From assembly GCA_964057225.1 (NCBI GenBank), contig OZ059895.1, forward strand, positions 13,764,001 through 13,828,000: 64,000 nt of DNA, read 5' to 3'. The notes beneath the pieces were generated by a model that made no database searches, was not told the DNA's origin, and saw only the letters and a list, made by a program, of their open reading frames with translations. How positions within the stretch are numbered: position 1 is the first letter of the stretch; every line of letters starts with the position of its first letter. Origin of the DNA: Auanema rhodensis. Taxonomy: Eukaryota > Animalia > Nematoda. Positions 56,061 through 64,000 of the stretch are shown one piece after another. The position numbers and the translations under genes are program-made.

Positions 56061-59000
56061 ATGTCGTCAGTGGCTTCCCAACGCGTTCTTCTAACAGCTT
56101 TGGGTGGAGTTTCTATTGCTGCTTTATTTTTGTGGTATATTCAATCTCAGCGTTCGGCAAAAAAGGTTTTTACTTCTTTACATTTTAAATAAAATCTTTC
56201 CGATCTAGGTTGAACAAAAGAAAAAGGTGAAGGAGCTTCTAAATCCTGACACTTCCTTAACTGCTAATAGAAGTGATAATGAGGTTATTAAGAAGGAAAC
56301 TCTTAAAAGTTCAACAACCGAAAACCTTTCTGAAGAAGCATCCACTGTAGATTCTTCAAATCTTGAAAAGGTGAGAATGTTTCCAGGGTTTGATTAGCCT
56401 GTAATTTGTTTTTCGAGGCTTTTCTATTTTACCAATGTGTGCATCCTAGCAAAACAATGTTTACATCTTAGTGATGTCATTCAAACGTTTTCAATAGGCT
56501 GCATAATTAAAGCTATTTGCTTGCTATGGTTGATAGACGTGCATGACTTCATCTCAATATCGGTTTTCCGCTAGCTTAAATGTTTTTCTGCTTTCGCAGG
56601 AAACCTCATTCGACTGTTATTCGTTGTTTTCATCAAATATCTTCAGCTGAAACTTTGCATATTCAATAATCCCATTTGTTGAGAAACTCTCTGCTCCCAC
56701 ATTTTATAATTTTGATGCATCACAAGAATATAAATAATCTTAGTTTTTGCTAAAATTATTTTTTTTATCTCATTAGCAAGTTTTGAGCAATATTTCATAC
56801 CTCTCGAGTATTTAAATTGAGGTATTAATTAATAATATTCAGAATTATTAGGTTTCTTCCTCTTAAATAATGCATATTTTGAAATATAGATAGAAACTGT
56901 TCTTGTTTGAAACATGCGTGGTTTGTATGCTTTTTGGACTTCAGTAAATGGCACAAACTTATCCAATTTGAAGCCGATAGACCGTCATTTCTTGTTACAC
57001 ATCCTAAGTCCCGCACTAGTGTCATGCACATTTATAATTAACGCATCTTTCTTCTGTTGCATCGATTTGCTCAATTTTTTTAGTTCCCATGCTAAAAAAG
57101 CCAATCTTTATTTAACTGAAATAATATCACATTGAATTTTATCAGACCAGATGTTAATGTTTTCGTATTGGTTTCTTAATTTAATATTTCTGAGTCGTAA
57201 TCATTTGTTTTCTTATTTATAATACCATTCCTATATTCTCAAACAAAAATATTCAGGTTACTGAGCAAATGGCGCCGTCTACGGAGCATTCAGTTTTGCC
57301 CCGAACGCAAGAACCAAATTCAGGAACAATTCATGTTGAGACAAATTTCAATGCATCATCTGAGGTATATTTTCCTTTTATGATTTGCAATAAATTCTAT
57401 TTTCTAGGAAACTACAAATGTTTATATGAATAATTATGCTGGCGATGGATCTTCCGTTTCCGAGGATGAATATGACATTAAGGAAGAGGTCAATATTTTT
57501 TGTATTTTGATTTTCGTGAAATTTAAGGGCGGGATGAACGAATATCAATGTTTTTAAATTTAGGCAAAGTGCCAAAAGACAACCGAACTCATGTTAGATT
57601 GTTCGCATTTGCCATTGGAACCAGAGTCATTCTTATGGGCTGAGGAGATGGAACGGTTGATTTCCGCTGTTATTTTTTAATTGTTAATTTTATTTTAGCA
57701 GTTATATTGAGCAAACTGAGAATGAGCACAATCAGAACTTATATGGAGACAGTGGATCTCCAGCTGGCAGTCAAGACTCTATGGTCAGTTTTTTAAACTT
57801 TCGCGCTCTTGGGTAGCAGTCCCTGATTAGTTTGCGAGGTATCATAAAAATGGCAACTGTTCCACTGTAATTGAGTAGGCAAATGTACTTATTAATATAA
57901 TAAGATAAGGACATAAAAGGCCCAATCAGCGATACATTTTCTGGTTTGATAAAGTTGTCTGGAAAAAAAACGTGAAGGTGCATATTTAGAAAACATTGAT
58001 ATATAGCCTAATATTGATTGCGTAAGGTGTAATTTAGATTCGTAGGTCAAAAGCTGGTAGACATGCTTGCACTTAAGTGATTTATTCCCCCGTTGTTCTA
58101 TGGTGACAGCCTGTGTTGCTAATCGCATCATTCCCTAGCCATATGCTATTGATTGATTTTTTTTACGCTGCTATGCTTTTTCATAAGATAGGAATATTTG
58201 GCATTCTTATTTATGTGTATATAAGTGGTTAAAAAATATACTTCGGTCTTTTTTCAAACAAAAACTGTATTGAAGAATCATGTTTAGATGAATATATTAG
58301 ATAAAGGCATAGCTGATGTTTGCCAATAGTAGCAGAAAGAGATAATAATTATGAATTTTTTTGATAGGAGTAATAGGCGTTATTATCTATTATTATATTA
58401 ATGCTTACTAACTTTGTCGAATAGCTTGAGAAGCTAATTTCGGTAGTTTATTGATTGATCTATACTGTTAGTAAGAAATGAGTATTAAAAAATTGTATTC
58501 CTCCCTGAAAAAGTACTTTTGATAGAGGTTATGTTTACCGCCGTTCAGCTGTTATGATAACCAGGAACACGCGACCAATTTATTGATTTCTCTAACGTAT
58601 TGATCAAAAGGTCTCCATGTTGCGAATCATTACGAATACTTCCGATTGGCAATTATAAATTTGAATCCTGCAGCGATCTCTGCGTCTTTAATATGTCTAA
58701 TTAGTACGAAGTATAAGATAACTAACAGTTTTATCTTGTTCTACCTGAACTTTTGTCCTTTCACATGCCCAGCCTTTTTTCTCTGACTCTCTTACGATCA
58801 TATGGCAAGTGCTCGCTTTCACTTACTTCACTGTCTGCCTCTCTTATTTTCTAATACTCTCTCATCTTTTGGTAAATCTCTGCGCTCTCCTTCTCTCTCC
58901 ATTCTGCTACCCTGAGCTCCGCCTCTTCATAGGTCGCCAACCCTTTCTTGCCTATCTGTTGCCCGTATCGCCTTTTAGCCACATTTTCGTGATTTTGATC

Positions 59001-60994
59001 ATGTTTATGCGGCCTGCGGTGCTACATCCTTCTCTTTTACCAACACATCTACCTCCACCTCAAGTTTTCCCTATCAGTGCTATACCTTCTGGATTTTCGG
59101 TTCCTCCGCCTCCTTTTCCAATTCCTTGTCTTGTTGCGCCGCACGTACAACAAACGCAGCCACCCCGACCACAATCTCCACGGAGGTTGCCAGTCACTAT
59201 TACTCCTCTGCCACCCTCTCCTTCTCAAATGCGACGACACAGTTGCGGCTCTTCAGCTCGCTCTAGTAGCTGTGCAGCTAGCACTTCGTCAAACCATCAC
59301 AGTGAAACAGTAAGTTTTTGTGCGACTAGCTATTTTCTAATTTTAATATGTTAAATGTGTGAATCTCGATGTGTTAGTGTTTGGGTTAGCAGACGCTAGA
59401 TATCATCTAGGGTAAAACCTGATCACCAAGGACTCGAGAGAAAGAGAAATTTTGTAAGAAACAGTCTGTATATAATAATTATATCCTAATGCTAATTCAC
59501 GTATTCTAAGTAAGGTTAAGAATATCATTCAAACTACCTGTTTATGAGTATGCACACTTTTTGAATAAGACAAGTTCCTCTTTTTAGGGGTCTTCCCAAG
59601 ATTCTGGCAGAGCCACCGGTGGCCTAGCTTCCTCCTTGTCCCCCATGGATGACTGCAATGATGGATTTCCTATGTACGAATTTGAAATACCAAACTCTCT
59701 TGTTGGTTTGATTATTGGTGTGAAAGGAAAGACTATTAAGGTAAATTTAATTATCAAGATATGTCATCTGTTGATGCATATCGTATGTACGATCGATTTT
59801 TTATTTTTTATTATAGGAATTAAGCACAAGAACCGAGGTTAAAATGCTGATCAGACCACACCATGCACCAGAAAAGTCGGATACACATCAAATTTGCCAA
59901 GTACAATTCATGAAGAATTCCTTCATTTTTTAAAAACTATTTTGTAGGTGCGAGGTAAACGTGATCAGATTAACAAATGTTTACAAATGCTGAGAAGACG
60001 GTTTCCTCCTGAGCGTTTCCCTGAATTGAACTTGCAACCTGTACTTCCCCCCATTTTGCCAACTTCTTTGTTTGATGCACTGACAGGACAGCCCAGCTGG
60101 GTTCGTAAATTTTGAATTTCTTTTCAAATTTTCGTTTTTCAGTTATCTCTGCCGGAAAACGTATCATGTGAAGTGGTATGCTCTTCTATTACTGACCCTG
60201 GCCATTTCTTTGTTCAACAACCAACTCACCCATCTTTTCCATCATTAGCTGTTTTGGATAGATATATGCTTATTCTTTATACTAGTGGAGCTTCTATCCC
60301 AGAGTTGCCTAAACCTTGCCAAAGTAGGTTGAAAACAAGATATAGTTACTTTAAATTCATGTGTAGATGGTCTTTTGTGTGCCGCACCAGTGCTGGGAGC
60401 CTGGTTCAGAGCAGTAACTGTAGCATACTATGAAGAATCTGACGAGGTTCTTGTACGATTTGTAGATTATGGGGGATATAAGACTATCCCACGAGGAGAT
60501 CTCCGACAAATCAGGTAGATTCAGTTTGTTGCGACATGAATCTAATTATTATTTTAAAGAACTGATTTAATGTCTCTCCCATTCCAAGCCACAGAATGCC
60601 ATTTAGCTCACGTTCAACCAATCGATGGTTCGTTTTTTTTCATTTTCCTTTCAATCAATGTTTTTTTCTAGGTACAACCCAATGGCCTGAGGAGTCTCTT
60701 GATTTCTTCCAGAAAATATGTATGGGTAAAGTAGTTGTTGCTACCGTTGTTGGTACACATGTCGAAGATAAAATGCCAATGGTCGAAATTTGTATTACTT
60801 CTGAAGAGGATGGAACGGTATGCCGTCTCAAAACATCTGTATTATAAACTTTTTTGATTTAGATAATCAGACTAGATGAAGCCTTAATGACTGCAGGCTT
60901 TGCTAAAGCATCCGATCCTTCCAAAATGTCACGATTTTCTTCTGTAAAGCACCCCTTATTTGTTTCACAACAATCCACAGTATTGGTTTCCTAA
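56061..60994 (+). CDS. akap-1: AKAP1-like KH-Tudor protein with an N-terminal mitochondrial outer-membrane anchor
   Basis: N-terminal hydrophobic anchor RVLLTALGGVSIAALFLWYIQSQRSAKK. KH domain YEFEIPNSLVGLIIGVKGKTIK. Extended Tudor HFFVQQPTHPSFPSL..CAAPVLGAWFRA..VRFVDYGGY..LRQIRTDLMSLPFQATEC. TAA at 60992-60994. Confidence 0.9.
59001..59309 (+). CDS. Candidate alternative first coding exon of akap-1 (Pro/Ser-rich)
   Basis: 103 open codons (MFMRPAVLHPSLLPTHLPPPQ...NHHSET) end at a consensus ACA|gtaagt phase-0 donor that is compatible with the exon starting at 59588. Confidence 0.6.
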
Positions 60995-63900
60995 AAATTC
61001 TGTTGTATAATTTTTGTCTAGTGATTAGTAATTTACAAAAACATAGTTTTCTTCTAGAATTGTTGTGTTTGTGGTTGGTTGTTCTTTCGGTTTTGGTTAT
61101 TTCCTGTTATCGTTTTCTGGTCTCGTCGACCCTCCTCGTTACTTCTTTGACATATATTTAGGTACACTGAATGATGTACATTTCTCCCGGTAGCGCCAAC
61201 AGAAGTTGCCTTTCTCCCTTTATTAGATTCCAGATAGTTACTATTCACATCAAAATTACCATAAAAATTGTTATTTGTTGACAGATGCCCTGTTACGCTT
61301 CATGTTCTCGATCTATCAACATTCTATCCACTTTGTTTTTTTCATGTTACAGCTTGTGGAGATTTTTCTGTATTCTATTATTGCTATTTCTTCAGATCGT
61401 TAATTTTCAGCGTTTGTTCTCAGTCGCTGTAAGTTGACTGCACGGTCCCATAACGGGGTTTGCTGGACATCTGCCCAGTATCACAATAACATCTTATCAA
61501 TTTGTAATATTGTATCACTATGTAGATTGTTTCCTTTTTTCTTTAAAAGTTCGATGGCTTTCATATCAAGTCAATAAATTAGATTTCAGTATATTGTTTT
61601 TGTTGTTTTTTTCCCATTTATGGATAAGCTACGATGATGTCGCGGTATTTCATTTTGTATTCTTTGTTGGCGAGGGTTTGTTTAGTGTTAAGAAATAATC
61701 CAATTTGTTGCCAAAGAAGGGTATGATAACAGGACGGTCTCGTAAAAGGTATTACAAGTTTAGATAAGAATAAAGGGTGTGCGACTACCCTGATATCTTG
61801 GCTTCCCTATCAAATCTGGATAAAAAATGAGGTTGATTCTTATCAATCTACTTGTTAGATTGGGAGTAAAGAAGTATGAGTAGAGAAAGATAATTGTCAT
61901 TCCCACCAAATACTGAATGAAAAGTCAAAGAAAATAGAGAGAGCGTAATTTTAAAAACCGGTTCCTAGTCTGGTCGACGGTCAGAGATTTATAATGGTTG
62001 GCATCCATCCAAATGATCATGAAGTCGCTGGTTTCGAAAAGTTCACGTTTATGGTTGTCATCATTAAAGCTATATAATGACAGAAATTGGCTATATACAC
62101 GTCGTGCTTATTATCATAGTGAAAGTTGACATAGGCTGACAGATGAAACATAAGAAACATGATCCTAACTAAAGTTAGAGAAAAGAAATGAACTGGGTGG
62201 CGGGAGCATGACCGATGGAGGTATACTTGTTAAAATTTACGGCAATATCAAAGTTGTCCTTTGGAAAGGGAGAGCGGTGACAGCATGAGACTCGAGACGA
62301 TGATGATAGGAGTCTGTAGATGTATTATCGACGGTCCAACTAACGGCAGTTGTACGTATAAGGCTGTAAACAGGTGAAGACAAGAAAAACTTGATAAAAA
62401 GGTCAGAAGTCTGGTGACAAGTTTCTTCCAACGTTTTTTTTTTCATTGCGATTAGAGCAGGAGGGACTGTTTGCTGACACCCTGAACAAAAAATGAGACG
62501 AGAGTTTGCTGGATGGTTGCCTGAACTTAGAACAAGCAACAGCTGACGCGTTTGATCGACAAACGGAGATCGATGGGTAATTTTCCCTAATGCGCAACAG
62601 TTGGCGATAAAGAGCAAATACACTATCGTAGACAAAGCTATGAAAACGTTATATCAGCGAGTATGAAAAGATGCGACCTTTCCGATTTCATAGGCGTGTT
62701 TTCAGAATCAGCTGACGTATTACGTAATTTTATCTTAACGATTAAAATAACGTGTCTCTAAACATCGCAGGTGTATCGAAGGGAGAGCAACCTAAATGGC
62801 GCACACGTGGTTTGGGAATTGGATTCCGTCAATTCTTCATGCTGGTATGTTTGCTGCCATGCTTGGTACGTATTTCGTTTTCACAAACTGCAATGGTCAA
62901 ATACGAAAGTACGTCTGAACTCACTGACTTCTTGATTAAGGCTCATGTGACAATGATATTACAGCCTCAGAAATAGTGGCTGACAGGCATTGTGGATGAT
63001 TCGAATCCAACAGAAAAACCATGGACGAATACAGGACAAAGAGACTGAGAGTAAGGCACAGAAGTACAGACATCAATATTTTCGATGGAAAACGTATTGT
63101 TAGACCTTTCACTACTTTCACCATAAAGGGATAAATGAGAGTTTTTCACAGTTTTGCTATTTTCACGTTAGAAATACAAGAAGAAAAGATATACAGTGAG
63201 CCAACAGTAAAGATAAATCATCAGAACGTCGTAATTCAAGTAGAGGGCAAAGCATAAAACCATATATAGGTTATGTAAATTATAATCTGTATATCATGCT
63301 TTATATGCAAATTATAATCATTATAGGTTGGAATAAACAAATAGATATGTATTTTAAAAGAATAGTTGAACATATACATAAAGATTTAGGTAAAGTAGTT
63401 CTTTTCTTTTCTTTCAATCTATCTCTCAATAACAAAATACGAATTACAGTCAAATAAAACGAAGAAGAAAAAGTTATTTGAAATTTGGTGGACATCAATG
63501 TCTACGAAACAAGTCACAATCAGACAGGGTGGTCTCTCACACACACTCTTCATACTCTCATTTCCCTTTGTATTTTTTTTGCATTTCGTTAACCTTCTTT
63601 TCAAACATATTCTTCTTACAGTACTAAGAATAGTATGATATCCTTTTTCAACTTAATTCTTAAATTATTTCCTTTTGATCCAAATACAATGTTCAAATCC
63701 AATCTTCTTAAATTTAGAGTTTGCCTTATTTTATTTAAAAATAAGAAAAAAGAATACTTTGTCGAATAAAAAACAAGATCTGTGTTTTTAAAGAAAAACA
63801 CTTAAATTCTGTCAATACTATGTTGGATTTGTTGAAACAGCACGTGATATTTTCCAGAAAAGTATCAAAACAGACTTTGTTTCTTGAATTTTGTTGTTTT

Positions 63901-64000
63901 TACGGTATGAAAATTTGATCTAGAAAAGCTCTTTGTTTAAATACGATTAATTATCTAATAGATCAATTAAAACTTTCTTGAAATAATACTTTTAAAAACA

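Noticed and set aside
58092-58108. X-box-like GTCACCATAGAAC (- strand) in the akap-1 intron
   Set aside because: One half-site is imperfect, and it is about 900 nt from the nearest start; functional DAF-19 X-boxes are usually much closer.

Overview
Eukaryotic genomic DNA from an AT-rich, gene-dense nematode. It has very short introns (mostly 40-55 nt), TTTCAG/TTTTAG acceptors and trans-splice-like acceptors just ahead of start codons. Protein similarity points to a clade V rhabditid (inference). The ORF track shows only exon fragments, so I spliced the genes by hand. I can support 15 protein-coding genes. In order: an ATR-like kinase 5' part (-), the p23 co-chaperone (+), ACMSD (-), a tyramine-gated chloride channel (lgc-55-like, +), a TWK two-pore K+ channel (-), merlin/nfm-1 (+), a short THOC5 (+), glrx-21 (+), dpy-31/nas-35 (-), a 3-beta-HSD-like SDR (+), a smoothelin-type CH protein (+), dph-1 (-), a divergent DCAF15-like protein (+), a spinster MFS transporter (+), sas-1/C2CD3-like (+) and akap-1 KH-Tudor (+). 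The most striking structure is the entire lgc-55-like gene nested antisense inside a single 10,555-nt intron of ACMSD. Also notable are candidate isoform switches in merlin, spinster and AKAP-1, a truncated THOC5, a hidden DCAF15-like gene, GC-AG introns and candidate structured RNAs in dpy-31 intron 1. No tRNA, rRNA, CRISPR or intact transposon was seen. Orthology calls come from remembered motifs, not from database searches.
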